Source of the DNA: Octopus sinensis
Taxonomy: Eukaryota
Length of the DNA stretch: 64,000 nt
Direction of reading: 5' to 3'
Assembly (NCBI RefSeq): GCF_006345805.1
Contig: NC_043000.1
Coordinates: 35,836,001 to 35,900,000, forward strand
The number at the start of each line of letters is the position of its first letter. Positions within the stretch are counted from its first letter, which is position 1. The position numbers were made by a program, and so were the translations under genes. The notes under the pieces are model-generated. The model worked only from the letters and a program-made list of their open reading frames with translations. It searched no databases and was not told the DNA's origin. Shown here in pieces: positions 42,263-58,268 of this stretch.

Positions 42263-43042
42263 TATTATTGTTTTTATGTGTATTAGCAGCAGTGGTTGCA
42301 GCAACAGCAACAGTAGCAGGGGTGGGGTAGTGGTAAGGGTGGCAGTTGGGCCTCAGATTCCTGTGCTATCATAATAGTAGTAGTTGTAGTATTATTGTAG
42401 TATTAGTAATATTTAGTATTAGCAGCTGCAGCATATTATTATTTTTATTTTTATCATTATCACCATCATCACCACTACCATTGTTATTATCATTATTACT
42501 ATTTCCATTTATTATTGAAATATTTTACTAAATGTTCTTTATTTTCAAGTTTTGTACTTGAGATCAGAATTTTGGGTTGTTGGTGGAAATAGTTGGATAG
42601 CTAGGTGGTGAATAGATCATATTCTACAGGTCTATAAATAGATTCGGCAGATGGTGGGGAGGTCAGCCATAGAGACAAAAGAATCTGCGCACCCTTTGGG
42701 TCAGCAGAAGTCAAATGTGCTTACTACTACTAGTGGCCACTGAGAGCGCTGCCCTGAAAAGAAGCAATTCAACCTGTTCTATTTGTAATTACTGGTAGAG
42801 AAAACAATAATAACAATACACACACACACGCGCGCACTCACACACATACACACACGCACACACACACATACACACACACATACGTCCGTTTTTGAATTTC
42901 TGAATTCAATTGTGTTGTTGCAATAAAAGGTGTGTTTACGTATTTGGGTAACATATTAAAGTTTTTAAGCTTTCTTGAGATGTTCTTTTGTCTATCCAGT
43001 TGGATAATACAGTAGGACTTTTACAATGAAAAAGGATTCTTA

Positions 43043-43148
<106 letters not shown>

Positions 43149-43182
43149 CATTATTAACTATCATTACTGTTCTTTTTAACTC

Positions 43183-43460
43183 AGGTTTTATTGGAACTCC
43201 TGGAATCTTGCATGCGTAGCGAGCTTACTACCTGTAACCTACGGTATCAATCTATCCATTCATTTCACCTACCTAATACTTTCCTGATTATTCTGGCCGA
43301 GCCAAGGAGGCGAACCGCTTGTAACAGTTCTACTGGGCACTCTGTTCCAATTTCCTTCATATTCTACTTGATGCCTTATGATACTGTTCCCAAGGACCCA
43401 ACAATAATTGGTACTATCTTCACCTCTTCTTTTAAGACGGTAGAGAGTTAATTGGAGATG
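43183..43460 (-). mobile_element. R4/Dong-like 3' end next to a (TAA)n array
   Basis: VKIVPIIVGSLGTV...LLGSARIIRKVL. Confidence 0.7.
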
Positions 43461-43530
<70 letters not shown>

Positions 43531-43883
43531 GGCACGTATGAATGACGAAGCCACTTTGAGCATAATCCTTTGAACCCGGAAAATTTAAAACAGAGGGCTA
43601 CCTACTTGCAAACAAATGTGGTAACATGTAACATCATTGACCGAGGTTACCGTGGTCTTTTCCGTAGTCTTTTCTTTCCACGTATAAACTTTATCTGCTT
43701 CCCTCTTTACACTTTACATTATGACATTTCTGTGATACACGATCTCTATTGATCGCTTTTTCCCGTTTACGATCCCTTTTGATCGAAAACCTACCCCACT
43801 TTTTTTTCTCTTCCCAAAAAGAAAAACTCTTCTTTGTAATCTGTCCCGTCTGTGTGCAGCCCTGCGTGGCTAATAAAGAAACA

Positions 43884-43992
<109 letters not shown>

Positions 43993-44638
43993 GTCTGTCT
44001 GTCTGTCTGTCTGTCTGTATGTCTGTCTGTCTGCCTGCCTGTCTGTCAGTTTGTCTGTCTGTCTGTCTGTCTATCTTTCTCCTTCCCTCTCTTCTCTCTC
44101 TTTCTTTCTCTCACACCCTCTCTCTGTCTATTTCTATGTTATACATGTACGGAAATGTATAAATTGCATATATGTATACTCGTTATGCGCAACAGAATTA
44201 GCAAAGCAGGCAAATCATAAAAAGGTTAATTAACTGCGGTTTTAGTCTCGAGATTGTATCTCTTATAGATGTACAGAGTTAGAAAACACAAAAAAACATC
44301 AGAAGCAGACAAAAATCGTTGAGGTGCGGTAGTAGTACTCCTAGGCGCGCATTTCTTCCTTCTTGAGCAACGTCAGTAGCAAGCATCCATTGACAACTCT
44401 ATGCTAATATAAAATTCGTGTTACTGATATAGTAAAACAGTGACTGAAAAGCCCCCCCCCCACTAGTTGTAATAAACCGGCTGGGTGGATAAAAATTCGT
44501 TGTGTGTTAATAGAAGCAGTATTAGTTGGAAATAGTAACATGTGTATCATACTTAAGATCAGATACATCATGGAGAACCTAATTATACATATGCATACAT
44601 ACATACACACACACACATACGCACACACACACACATAG

Positions 44639-44677
<39 letters not shown>

Positions 44678-45478
44678 CGTGTATATGTATATACGTATGT
44701 ATATGTGTATATATATGCATGCATTCACACAAGCAAACATATGTAGATAGATGCATAGTTGTTTATGCCTATGCATTCTCACAACTAAAAAAATATCTAA
44801 AAGCATTAGCGAAAGTGTGGTACAAGCTATTAGACCATGCTCGCTTGCAAGTGACTACTAAGCGACCATACATGCATACACACACATAGATATGCTTGCA
44901 TATATATATAAGCATATAAGTATACATATACACACGCGCACACGCGAAAACACGTTTACATAAAGCGTAAATGCGCGTTGTATACACGAAAGCTCACTTA
45001 ATGTATTTTATTTCAAATATGCATTGCATTTAATGTTTTACTTCATTTACATACCTATATATATATATTTTAAAAAATGCATTCTAAAATATCTCTATTC
45101 TTCTCTGCACACTTCAGTCTACACACCTGAAAAAAAAATCTCCACCTAAATCGCAGACGATAGGTTTCTTTCGTTTCCAACCAAACTAATCCCAAAGCTT
45201 GTTCAGTCTATACACCTTTAAAACAATTCAAGGTAGGAATCTAAGAAATTTATTTACTGAATTACCTTTTTTCACTCCTTATTTGTGTTTTTATTTGCTA
45301 ATTTACCTGGCTAAGAAGATTCATTGTGTCGGCTGTCATCACACTTCCCTCCCGCCATTCCCCTCATCTCTCTCTCTCTCCCTCTATGTATCTTCCTCTC
45401 CCACTTTGCTCCTCTCTCTCCGAGTCTTTACGTATATATAATACCACTATGTCAATTTTTACAGATCTTCACATCTTA

Positions 45479-45538
<60 letters not shown>

Positions 45539-45759
45539 TATTGATTGACTGTACAATTCTGACGTAATACTGACGTCAGTATAGAAAATTCAAACAACGC
45601 CAATACACATACGTGCATACTTATACATACGTAAATGCATACGCAGATACGTGCGTACACATAGAGACAGGCATACAATTAAACGTGTGTGTGTGTATAT
45701 ATATGTATATATATCTCCACACACACGTGCATACATACATACATACATACATACATACA

Positions 45760-45795
<36 letters not shown>

Positions 45796-46252
45796 TATAT
45801 ATGCATATATATATACGTACATATATACATATATATGTATATATATATATATGTATACATATATATATGCATATCTCTCTCTATATATATACATGCATGT
45901 ATACATACATAATATATACATACACATGCATGCATGCACACACACATATACTTGTAAACATGCAGACATATATACATACATGCAAACGTGCATGCCTATA
46001 CATAAATACGAATATGTTTATATATACATATATATATATATGCATATATATACATATACGTGCACACATACATATGTGTGTGCATATATGTATGTATGTA
46101 TATATATATATATATATGTGCATATAAACTAGTTTATATGTATGTGTATGCATGTATGTGTGTGATTGCACATAACACATGCACATATATATAGTTTCAT
46201 TGAAACTTATGCACACACACACACACACACACAAGGAGGAGAGAGAGAGAGA

Positions 46253-46290
<38 letters not shown>

Positions 46291-46317
46291 GAGAGAGAGA
46301 GAGAGAGAGAGAGAACG

Positions 46318-46353
<36 letters not shown>

Positions 46354-46832
46354 TGGATAGATAGAGAAAGAGAGGAATGTAGTAGAAGAAAAAAAAATGT
46401 GAAGGAAATAACGAGTAAGAGTAACAATAATGGTTAACACCAGCAGGAACAATAACAGAAGAAAGAAGAGGGGAAAAGATTTTAAAGAAAACCTAATTGC
46501 TATGATGTCGACCACAATTAACCAATTGCGTAGTGAAGAAAGGAGAAGCAACGGAACAACAACAACAACAACAACAACATCAATGACGACGACAACAACA
46601 ACAACAACAATGTAGAAGTACAAAATCAAACCTTTTCGAGAAAATTGGGCTCCACTTTATGTATCTATGTGTGTATGCATGCATACATGTCTGTCTGTCT
46701 GTCTGTCTGTATGTATGTATGAAGTCTGTATGTATGTCTGTGTATGTATGTATGCATGTATGTATGTATGTAAGTATGTTTGTATGTGTTGTATGTATGT
46801 ATGTATATATATATATATATACTATATATAAT

Positions 46833-46871
<39 letters not shown>

Positions 46872-47313
46872 ATGTATACGCATATATGTTTATTTTTGTA
46901 TGTCTATATAATATAGGAACGTACACCTATATATATAAATATATATATATATATGTACATAAACGTACACACACATATGTATATGTGTGTATATACAAAT
47001 ACACACTTATGAAACACAATATGTGCATATGTGCGTACAGGTTCGTGGAAACACGCACAAACAGATCGCATAAGCGCACACGTACATACACGTATGAATG
47101 TATACATGTTTGTAAGCATATATATCCCTATACACACACACAAACACACACACACACACCTATATTGACTTAAGTGATAAGTCAACCTGACAACAAACGT
47201 ACTCAGTCGCATCTATTTTGTTCTACAATTAACAAACAACAAGAATATAACAATAGACTTACGATGCAATGTTAAACAGAATATGCGTTACCGAAACGAC
47301 AAGAATAGCAATG

Positions 47314-47362
<49 letters not shown>

Positions 47363-47479
47363 CAACAACAACAACGACGATAATAATAATAATAACAACA
47401 ACAACAACAACAACAACAACAATAATAATAATAATAATAATAACAACAATAATAATGATAATAATAATAATAATAACAA

Positions 47480-47517
<38 letters not shown>

Positions 47518-47519
47518 AA

Positions 47520-47734
47520 TTCTTTCTAAATTTGGTACGAGACCAGTATTGTTATTTTTAGGGAACGGAGCGGTGAATTAAATCGACATCATTGCTCAAC
47601 TGGTACCTATTTTATCGACCCCGAAAAGTTGAAAGACCTGAACGTAATTTGAACTCAGAACATAAAGAGCCGGGAGAAACGCTGCTTAGCATTTAGTCCG
47701 ACGTGCTCACCCTTCTGACTATCCGCCGCCGCTT

Positions 47735-47735
<1 letters not shown>
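47520..47735 (-). mobile_element. Family B SINE (diverged)
   Basis: actggtacctattttatcgaccccgaaa...tttgaactcagaac. Confidence 0.6.
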
Positions 47736-47787
<52 letters not shown>

Positions 47788-47849
47788 ATTTTGTCTAATT
47801 TTAGCACAAGGCCAAAAAGTTTGAGGGGTGGGGCGGAACGTGTCGCTTC

Positions 47850-48250
47850 GACAGGAAGAGGAAAAGCAGAGGCTGTATTCTGGTTAGACAGGAACTACGA
47901 CAAAATACTGTAAATAATAAGGGAAGTGATCCAGGTATTCGTCTCCTCCCATCCCGTTTCTAAGTGAGACTGGCTACTCTGTTCTTAACATGTCCCAATT
48001 CCTGTCAGCCTGAAGGTCCGTACTGACGAGACCCCGAGCAGTTTAACCGCTCCGTCTGTCCAACTCACTACGATGCTGTTCGACGGCATGTGCCTGCTTT
48101 TTCTGGCGCGATGCTGCAAGTTTACCGACTTGTTCGGATTTAGCTTTGCTCCCGCCATCGCCACGTATTTCTTCAGAAAGGAGCTGCCCATTTCCATTTC
48201 TTCTATGTCCCCCATCATTACAGACACGCTAGCCACATGCATCGTCTCGC
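47850..48250 (-). mobile_element. L1/Tx1-like reverse transcriptase remnant
   Basis: YVAMAGAKLNPNKS...WTDGAVKLLGV. Confidence 0.6.
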
Positions 48251-50099
48251 TGAAAAACAGCGATGAACGATCCTGTTGAGAAGTTTTTATTGATCCAGAT
48301 TGATCAGAGATTCACGGAATCAGGTTTGTGTCTCACCTCCTCTATGATGTATTATATGAGATGGAGAGTGTCTTGGATTGATTTATTGCAGATTGCACGT
48401 TTATTTACTTTCTCGACCTATCTGCTTGTTAACACTTTGGCTGAATTCTTAAACCCTGCATTTAAAATAGGTTATGAGCCAGAAATTCTCTCTAGTAGCC
48501 GTCTTTTTGGCATCCTTTCTCAGCAGCAGCACAACCGCATTCCGGCTCACAGAACTGACAGTTTTCCCGTTCTGTTTCCAATTGCAGTAGATGTTACCGA
48601 AGAGTTTGCAAAATCAGTCTGGCATATAATCATAAAACTCATGCGACACACCATCCAAACCGGGTGATTTGTCCCTCGGAATCTCGCAAGTCTCAGTTGT
48701 TAAAGGCCTCCTTTAACAGAGAGCAGCGGTCGGCTTTTGATGTCGGCCCTAAACTCCATTACCGTCTTCGATTCCTCGCACATCTCGCACAGTCAAGCAA
48801 AGTGCTGCTGGAAAGTCGCACACATCTACTTGGAGACAAATACTGTGAACCTTTCACTGTGCGTCAGTAATCAAATTGTGGATTTTATATCGCATCATAC
48901 CTCCGCCCCAGAGAGTTATCGAAAACTTTCATCCTATTTTATTTTAACGTACGAACACTAATTTTAACAACTCAGCCATCGTATTTCAAGTGGATTATTG
49001 TTGCCGCTTGCATGTCGGTCACCACGCCTTTACTGATGCTTCTAGTTTTCTCATTATCCCTTCTCTATCTCCTCTTTGTTTATTATTAACTATTTTACTA
49101 AACACTATTGATTCCCTCTTCTGTTTATGGCTACAGCGCCCGTCAACTACTGCTTGGTTAGCTTGCTAATCTGGTCCCTGTAATCTTTGCGCATTGAGTA
49201 TCTGTATGTAAGCCCTGTTTAAGAAGACCGTTCAGGTTACAAAACTGTGGTCTGTATAGCTGACGAGTTTAAAATATGAACACCCCACTTTATCTGTTAA
49301 CCTAACAGATTTGCTACCTATACACGATCTGTATGACGTATTGTGACTGCTCCATGTCCACACATTTTGAAAATCCAGTTGCTATTTTTCAGACAGAAAT
49401 ACTGAGCAAGTGTTCGAGGCTTTGCGTCCCTTCTTTTACAGGTTAAACGCACACGATCTCATCGTGCGTCTAAAACATAATTCCAATCCTCACTAATACT
49501 AAAGAGGGGACGTTCCCAAAAAACTTTTGATACAAAGGTAAGGGATGAAGTGGGTCTTATAGAAAACAAACTGCAAAAACGATAGGGGCTTGCTCAGAAA
49601 CGATCATGTTTAAAAAAAACAGGCATGGTAAACAAACTACTACTACTATTTAGGCAGAAAGTTAGTAGTTTTTAAGGGGAGGGTGAGTCGATAGCATCGA
49701 CTTCCAGTACTTGACTAGAAATTTATTTTGTTGTCCCCAGAAGGAAGAAGGTTAAAGCTGAGGTCGACGAGGTTGAAAACATCACAAATTTTAAGGGTTT
49801 GAAATTCAACAAAATGGAGCCGGTTATGCGACTGGTACTTTATCTTATGAACTCAACAATCAAAGCCAAAATACGCAACAGCTCATCAAGTAATTATATA
49901 TTGCCAAATGTTTTAACCGGCTTTCTACCAATTCTGTCTTTTACGCATTTTGATACCCCCACCCCCACCACTTAATCACCACCACCACCACAACTACCCC
50001 CCCACCACCACCAACATCGTTAACAACAATAACAATTACAAGAATAACATCATCATCATCATCATCATCATCATCACCATCAGCAGCAGCAGCAGCAGC

Positions 50100-50130
<31 letters not shown>

Positions 50131-50358
50131 GCAACAACAGCAACAACTAATAAGGGTGGGAGGCTATGTGGTCAGTTGGACTGGTAGAAATAATAGCCAC
50201 ATTTCCATCAGATCACACTAAATCGGCTTAGGAAGTAGAAGCTGAATGATGTTGTATGGGTTCCCCGTTATAGACGGGATGATCATGGCTGGAAGCCTTT
50301 GATTAGAGGTCTACTTGATTAGCAACGATAACAACAGCTCAGCATAGCAGCTGCAAGT

Positions 50359-50650
50359 GGAGGCGCAATGGCCCAATGGTTAGAGCAGCGGACTCGCGGT
50401 CGGAGGATCGCGGTTTCGATTCCCAGATCGGGCGTTGTGAGTGTTTATTGAGCGAAAATACCTAAAGCTCCACGAGGCTCCAGCAGGGGTGGTGGCGACC
50501 CCTGTTGTACTCTTTCGCTCCAAATTTCTCTCACTCTTTCTTCCTGTTTCCTGTTTCCTGTCCCAGACTTCCTACGCAATCGCTGAGCCTGGATGCGCAT
50601 TCATCCATCCGTCGATGCTCTCGGTGTCGGGGGTTGACCTGCTTTCTCTT
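50359..50650 (+). mobile_element. tRNA-derived SINE (third family)
   Basis: A box TGGCCCAATGG and B-box-like GTTTCGATTCC, followed by a non-tRNA body. Confidence 0.7.
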
Positions 50651-51184
50651 ATAGCAAAGGACCGCGTTTCGGACTTCTCCCACTTGTTGCGAGCCCTGAG
50701 ACGAAGACCGCTTCGCTCAATAAACAAGCAGCGGCATCGACGGCAGCAACAGCATCGGCGGCAAACAGTAACGGTAAAATGCACCGCCATCAGAAGAGAA
50801 GAAAAAAGTGTTGGAAAATTGTGACGGAAGAGTGACGGAAGCGAATAACAATCGGTTTAAAGAATGCCATTGTTAGATATGTTGATACAATCAAGGTGTG
50901 TAGTGTGTGTGTGTATGTATGTATGTATGTATGCATGTGTGTATGTTTGTATGTATTTATGTATGTATGTATGTATGCATGTATGAATGTATGTGTGTGT
51001 GTGTGCGTGTGTATATATGTATGTGTGTGTGTATGCATGTAGCTATGCATGTTCGTAGGTATGTATGCATATATGTTTGTCTGTATCTATATATGTATGC
51101 ATATATGTATGTATGTGTGTATGTATGTAGTTATGTAGCTATGTATGTACGTAGTGCGTGTATATGTATGGATGTATGTATGAG

Positions 51185-51392
51185 TTAGCAGAAACGTTTG
51201 CGCGCCGGGCGAAATGCTTAGCGGTATTTCGTCTGTCGTTACGTTCTGAGTTCAAATTCCGCCGAGGTCGACTTTGCTTTCATCCTTTCAGGGTCGATAA
51301 ATAAAGTACCAGTTTCGCACTGGTAATCGACTTAATCCCTTTGTCTGTCCTTGTTTGTCCCTTCTATGTTTAGCCCCTTGTGGGCAGTAAAG

Positions 51393-51398
<6 letters not shown>
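51185..51398 (+). mobile_element. Family B SINE
   Basis: Matches 40300-40530. Confidence 0.8.
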
Positions 51399-51454
<56 letters not shown>

Positions 51455-51779
51455 TATGTGTGTACGTGTGCGTATGAACATTTGCCGGTATGTATTTACA
51501 TGTTTGTATGTATGTGTGCCTCTTTGTATACATATATTCATGCATTTATTTACGTGTTTTATGTATGCTTGTATGTTTCGCTAGTATAAATTTATATGTA
51601 GTTTTGCATATATTTCTTTATTTTGAAATTACTTGAATCGTTCCTCTAAAGAAGGAACATCATTCCCAACAAACTAGCGAAGCTTCATCGCTGTGACATG
51701 CACTGCAACAGTGAAAAAATGAAGTGAAAATTAAGAAAAAATCGTGCATATTTTTCTTTCCAATTACAGATTGGTCTTT

Positions 51780-52340
51780 TCCACGGAGGATCAATCGCCG
51801 GTCCACAACAGGCCATTGCTGTTATCCTCTACGCTATGGGTGATGTACCCGTGCCTTGCTTTTTGCTAGTACGATGCTTGTTTCTTATCGGTGCCTCTGT
51901 TTGATAAAGTCAGTTGGGTCGCATAAGACAGTTGTACTCTCAGAGAACCTGCCCAGAAATTCTCTCCCTACTCTGAAGATGTTGTTCTCTCTTTTGAGAA
52001 TTCAGGTGTCTGAGTGATTCAATGCGACGCTCAAAAGTTGTTTGGAGAGATTTTATGCCTCTGCCAACATCTCTTCGTCTTACATAGAAGTTGCCAGTGG
52101 TGGTCAGTAACTTCGAAATCCAGTTTTAATATCCAGGCTGCGGCTTTCATCAAGTACCCAGTCTAATACCCCAACTATTGATGAACCAATTCTTATTGGT
52201 ATAAATGTGAATTTACAATCTGGATGTAGAAGATGGAGGTTTCGATGTAATTCTCCACGGTTATTCTGCTTCGCTTTGATTTTCAAAGAGATATTCACAT
52301 CAGCAGAACAGTTCACAGATATTTTGATGGGAATGTTCCA
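51780..52340 (-). mobile_element. Rearranged R4-like remnants
   Basis: FYVRRRDVGRGIKSL, and CSADVNISLKI...RNLHLLHPDCKFTFIPIRIG. Confidence 0.5.
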
Positions 52341-52905
52341 CCAGCGTTGCTTCAATATTGTATTCAAAAACAGGTGGAGTGGGAGGGCTCCCCTATATTT
52401 ATTCCAGGATAATCTGTTCCTCAACTGGCATTGTATATTGGATTTGCGACGACATATCTGTCTGTCTGATTGTATGTATGTGTGTGCGTGCGTACGTGCG
52501 TGTTTGTGTATGTATGTACGTATGTATGTATGTATGTATGTATGTATGTATGTATGTATGTATGTATGTATGTATGTATGTATGTATGTATGTATGCATG
52601 CATGTGTGTGTGTGTCTGTCTGTGTTGCTACATATACAATACACATTGTACTGCTGAGTAATTCTCTTCCAATTTTGTTTACGAACTGTAGAATTTCGTA
52701 CACACACATACACACTCATACATACATACATATGTACATACATACATACATACATACATACATACATACATACATACATAATCTTATATATATTACACAC
52801 ACATACACGTATATATATGACATATACATTACACACACACACATATATATTACACACACGCACATATATATACACACATACACATATGTATACATATATA
52901 TATAT

Positions 52906-52956
<51 letters not shown>

Positions 52957-53666
52957 GCATACATATGTATACATATATGCTTATATTTGTGTACGTACAT
53001 AGCTTTTATGTATATCTACCTATCTGTCTACCAATATCTTTCTCTCTGTCTCTATCCATCTATCTATCTGTCTATATACATATATGGAGACACACAGACA
53101 CACAGACACACACACATAGAAAAGGAGGGAGAGAAAGAAGGAGAGAGAGAAGGAGAGATAGATAGAGAGATAGAAAGATAGATAGAGAGAGATAGAGAGA
53201 TAGAGAAGGAAAGAGAGAGAGAGAGAGAGTGAATGAGAGAAAATGAAGCAGAAGTGCGTTGTTAGTTCTGTACATCTAAAGCAAGTACGGTAGGAGAGTA
53301 CACGGAAGCACCGCATTAAAAGCCGCCTCATTCTCTTTAATATCTTCAACTCTAACCCGAGTTCTAATCATCATCATCATCATAATCGTCGTCGTCGTTG
53401 TCGTCGTTGTCGTCGTCGTCATCATCATCATCATCATCATTATCGTCACATCTGAGGCAGATATAATTCATATATGCTATCTACTGGTGATAAAATGCAC
53501 CACTAATTATCATTGCATGCACACTTTAGAATTTATGCCACTCTAATTAAACTGTCAAAGAAACCAATTTAGATTGGCCGGAATCAATAGGAAATCGTCT
53601 GCTTGGAATGCAGAGCTATTTCGTAACATCGAATATACATACATACATACATACATACATACATAC

Positions 53667-53697
<31 letters not shown>

Positions 53698-54030
53698 CAT
53701 ACATGTGTATGTGTATGTGTTTACATACATACATACATATATACACACACACAACACACACACACACACCACACACACACATATATATATATGTATATGC
53801 ATCTGTCATTGTATATATGATCATGTATGAGTGTATATATATATATATATATATATATATTACATTTTTTTACTCTATATCTCTTATTCTTTTTACTATT
53901 ACTGTATATCTCATTTCATTTTAATGTATTGCCTTTACTCATATGTAATGGTGTATTAAGTATGGATTGAGTATCCTCGATAGTTGATGTTTTACTGATT
54001 TAGTATATTTCTCCCTTCTCTAATTTTGTA

Positions 54031-54088
<58 letters not shown>

Positions 54089-54986
54089 ATACATACATAT
54101 GCACACGTTCTTTTGTATATGTGTTATATACGTATAATATATTTATATATAGACATATATACATACATACACACGCATGCATACATATACACAACCGTAC
54201 ACACACATGTATGTACATAATATGTAGAGCGTTTGTAATTTTGTGTTTTTAATTTCGTAAAGATTATTCAATGAATATACTCAAAATGTTTATTTATTTT
54301 TTTTTGTTTCTCTGAGTAGCTATCAGTGACGAGGTCACGCCGACCTAGCAATCTTTGGCTGATATTTCATTTTGAGGAATAAATTTTCTATTAATACATG
54401 GTAACGGGTTCAGTGAGGACTTTTAGTGCCACTAGTAATCGTATGTTGCGTATCAATACATAGAAGAGTTGGCCTTGGTCTTACTGATCTCATTCATTAT
54501 GCAGAATTTCAGTATGGAGTTTTTGAATTTAATATATTGGAATGGTGAATGAAGATGTTATGTTTTTCAGCTATGCATAGCTGACATTACTATGCCCCAT
54601 TTATAAAAGCCGCGAAGCACGTGATACATTGATCCATGAATGTCCATTCATATGTTGATAAATTCATTATGTCGATGTTGAGGATCAGCTTTATGTTCCC
54701 AGAGGTGAAACTTGGAAACTCCTCCCATTGTTTGAATTCCAGCTGTTCTGTGCGCGCCTCATGAATTGTATAAAAGAAACAAAAAGTTTTGCAGAAAAAA
54801 AGAAAAAAAAACAACTAGTTATACTAGAAAAGGGTAAAACTGGTTGTTGCATCCTAATTAGATTTTCTAAATGAATGGAAAAAGCTCCGGAATGGAATAA
54901 CGTACCATTGACATCACATAAGAGACGGCTTAGAAAACTAAGTGTTCGAGTCACGCACACAACTATCTGTCTGTCAGTCTGTCTGT

Positions 54987-55087
<101 letters not shown>

Positions 55088-55278
55088 GTCTGTCTGTCTG
55101 TATGTCTGTCTGTTTAACTCACTGTCTGTCTGTCTGTCTGTCTATCTATCTGTCTATCTATCTATCAACCTATCTATCTGTCTGTCTGTATATCTGTCTG
55201 TCTTTTTGTCTGTCTGTCTTTCTGTCTGTCTGTCTGTCTATCATATTCACACATACATTATATATATATATTAGATAT

Positions 55279-55347
<69 letters not shown>

Positions 55348-55412
55348 ATATCGTATGTATGTATATATATATATATATATGTATGTATAATGATAATAAC
55401 AATAATAATAAT

Positions 55413-55448
<36 letters not shown>

Positions 55449-56040
55449 AATAATAATAATAATAATAATATAATAATAATATAATAATGATAATAATAAT
55501 AGTGATGATGACGATGATAATAATAATTTCATTTATTTGCCGCAAGGGTGAAGGACGAGGGGGACAATACAGAGAGAGACATAAAGTGTGGGGGTTACAT
55601 ATAACAATGAAATGATAAAAAGAATAAAAAAAGAAAAAAGAAAAAGAAAAAGAAAAGAATGAATAATGTATACACGGTATACACTGGAAAAGAAGGGATA
55701 TATGCATAGCATACAAAGGTAAAAAAGAGGGTGTAAGATGATAGAGATGTTGCCCTTCTGGTACAAGAACGTCTCTAGGGATAATCAAGGAATCCCACTG
55801 TGCGAGATTTCCCTGAAACCCCAAGAGTAAGTGCCCTCTCCAATTTCTTCTCTCCGACTCACAGGTCTACACTCTTGCCATTTTCGCAGCTTTCATCCAA
55901 TGATAATGGATGACATCAGATAGCCCAAAATTGTGAACGTGCTTTACTCAACACACTAATTGACACATACACATTAGTCAAAAAATATTGCACACACACG
56001 CGCGCGCGCGCACACACAAACACACACGCACGCACGCACG

Positions 56041-56090
<50 letters not shown>

Positions 56091-56444
56091 TGTTACCCGT
56101 GTCCGTGAAATGACGGATAACTTTGGAAGCATACATTTGTCACCAGGATAACGTAGGAAATACGGCGTACATAAACTATTTATGATTTAATGTTAATGAA
56201 ATTCCATGATGTTAATACAAAATGGTGTAATGAATATTAATTTTCAAAAAAGCAATACTCATCCTGCACCTCTTATGCTAACCCTCTCTGTATCCCTCTT
56301 TTACTAATACTCTCTATCTTTTTTTTCTCCTTCCCTTTATGAGATCTAAGGCGTGACAGAAATCAACCAACGATTTTATCCTATATTATTAAATACATAC
56401 ATATATATTTTGTCAAAAAGACAAAAATCTTAGCACAACCCCTT

Positions 56445-57150
56445 CAAAGTCAAGTAACTCCAGACCTCAGCATTACCATCTCGGAGACGCCACTGGAGAA
56501 AGTCCTCCACTTTTCGTACTTGGGAAGTTTACTTTCGAACAAGCGCACATCGGAAAAGGACGTAGAAAACCGATTAAGAGCGGTTCACACCGCGTTCGGT
56601 TGACTCGCAAAAAGGGTTTTTAAGCACAAAAATCTGAACCACCAAACAAAATTGAGTGTCTGCCAAGCAGTTGTGATCTCCATTCTCCTCTACGGTTGTG
56701 AAACCTGGACTCTTTACCGAAGGGACGTCAAAAAACTAGAGCACTTTCACCAACATAAGCTCAACTCTGTTATCAATGTCGAATGGAATGACTATATGGC
56801 CAATGTCTCCGTTGTGAGAGATCAAAAAGTAGCAGCACTGAGGCGACCATCCTGAAACATTGAGATGGGCGGGCCACATAGCAAGAATCAAAGAAGCCAG
56901 GCTGTTAAATTTTATAAGGTGAACTTTCCACTGGAAGAGGACTCCGTGGCTGTCCCCTCCATCGATACAAGGACCAGCTGAAGCAAAGCCTAAAACTGAC
57001 TGGAATCGATCCCAAAACTTGGGACATTGAAGCTCAGGACAGATCCTTTTGAAGCTGAACCACACAGGAGAGAAGAAGAGAAACGACAAGAAAGAAAATG
57101 GAGGCTGCAACAAGCAAAGCCTCCACCACGGATCCCCTGTGAACTTGAAA
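56445..57150 (+). mobile_element. RTE (BovB-like) LINE 3' remnant
   Basis: LEKVLHFSYLGS...AFG*L...TKLSVCQAVVISILLYGCETWTLY...LRWAGHIAR. Confidence 0.85.
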
Positions 57151-57234
57151 CAGACGCTTTGATTTAATACTAAATTGAATTTTTCCCTGTAAGTTTGGAG
57201 TTATACTCCCTAATATTATATGTATGTATATATA

Positions 57235-57275
<41 letters not shown>

Positions 57276-57570
57276 TAGTTATCCGTAATAATGAAGGGTG
57301 AAATTAATTAATTTGGGAAAATTATCAATTACACCAAGTAGTCTTCGGCATGTAAAAGCCTCATTCGAGGAAAATTTAAGTAATACTAAGCAATAAGGGT
57401 TTAGCAACGAGTTGCCTTACCACATACCGAATTTAGAAATAGCGTCAAAGGGTTATAGCTACTTTCTTCTACTAAAAAGGGAGATCTCAGTAAAACAACA
57501 GCATTTGGAAGGCAGACAAAACAGGTAAGAGAGAATGAATTGACTGCAATCTAATCCATTTTTTTAGTTA

Positions 57571-57676
57571 TCCACGGACGTACGTTTCGAAATCAAGTTT
57601 TTAGAAAGCATAAGAATTAAATATTAAACATTAAATAATTCTATCTTACCGAAACTTCTTTTCTCTTCAGCGTAGA
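57571..57676 (-). ncRNA. Type I hammerhead ribozyme, unit 1
   Basis: UCUACG-CUGAAGA-G(long stem II)C-GAAACGUACGUC-CGUGGA. Confidence 0.85.
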
Positions 57677-58161
57677 ATACTATAATCATAAATGATTATA
57701 TATTGAATTTTGAGATACCAGAAGGCACCAACTCAACTCAGTATCAGAGCGAGCTAGAATCCGCAACTGGTATCACCGCTTCAATTTGTGAATGAAACGA
57801 TTGTGTCAACAGCCCTTTCCACCCGCGTGTAGCCAAAACAAGATGCTGTGGTCATCTACTGAGATAAAATATGGTTATCCGTAATAATGAAGGTGAAATT
57901 AATTAATTTGGGAAAATTATCAATTACACCAAGTAGTCTTCGGCATGTAAAAGCCTCATTCGAGGAAAATTTAAGTATACTAAGCAATAAGGGTTTAGCA
58001 ACGAGTTGCCTTACCACATACCGAATTAGAAATAGCAGTCAAAGTTATAGCTATTTCTTCTACTAAAAAGGGAGATCTCAGTAAAAACAGCATTTGGAAG
58101 GCAACACAAACAGGTAAGAGAGAATGAATTGACTGCAATCTATCATACATTTTTTTAGTTA

Positions 58162-58268
58162 TCCACGGACGTACGTTTCGAAATCAAGTTTTTAGGAAAG
58201 CATAAGAATTAAATATTAAATATTAAATAATTCTATCTTACCGAAACTTCTTTTCTCTTCAGCGTAGA
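58162..58268 (-). ncRNA. Type I hammerhead ribozyme, unit 2
   Basis: Same motif as unit 1. Confidence 0.85.

Noticed and set aside
50359-50435. tRNA gene
   Set aside because: Has A and B boxes but no clean cloverleaf, and continues into a SINE body
54590-54814. Possible host exon
   Set aside because: No recognisable domain or convincing splice context
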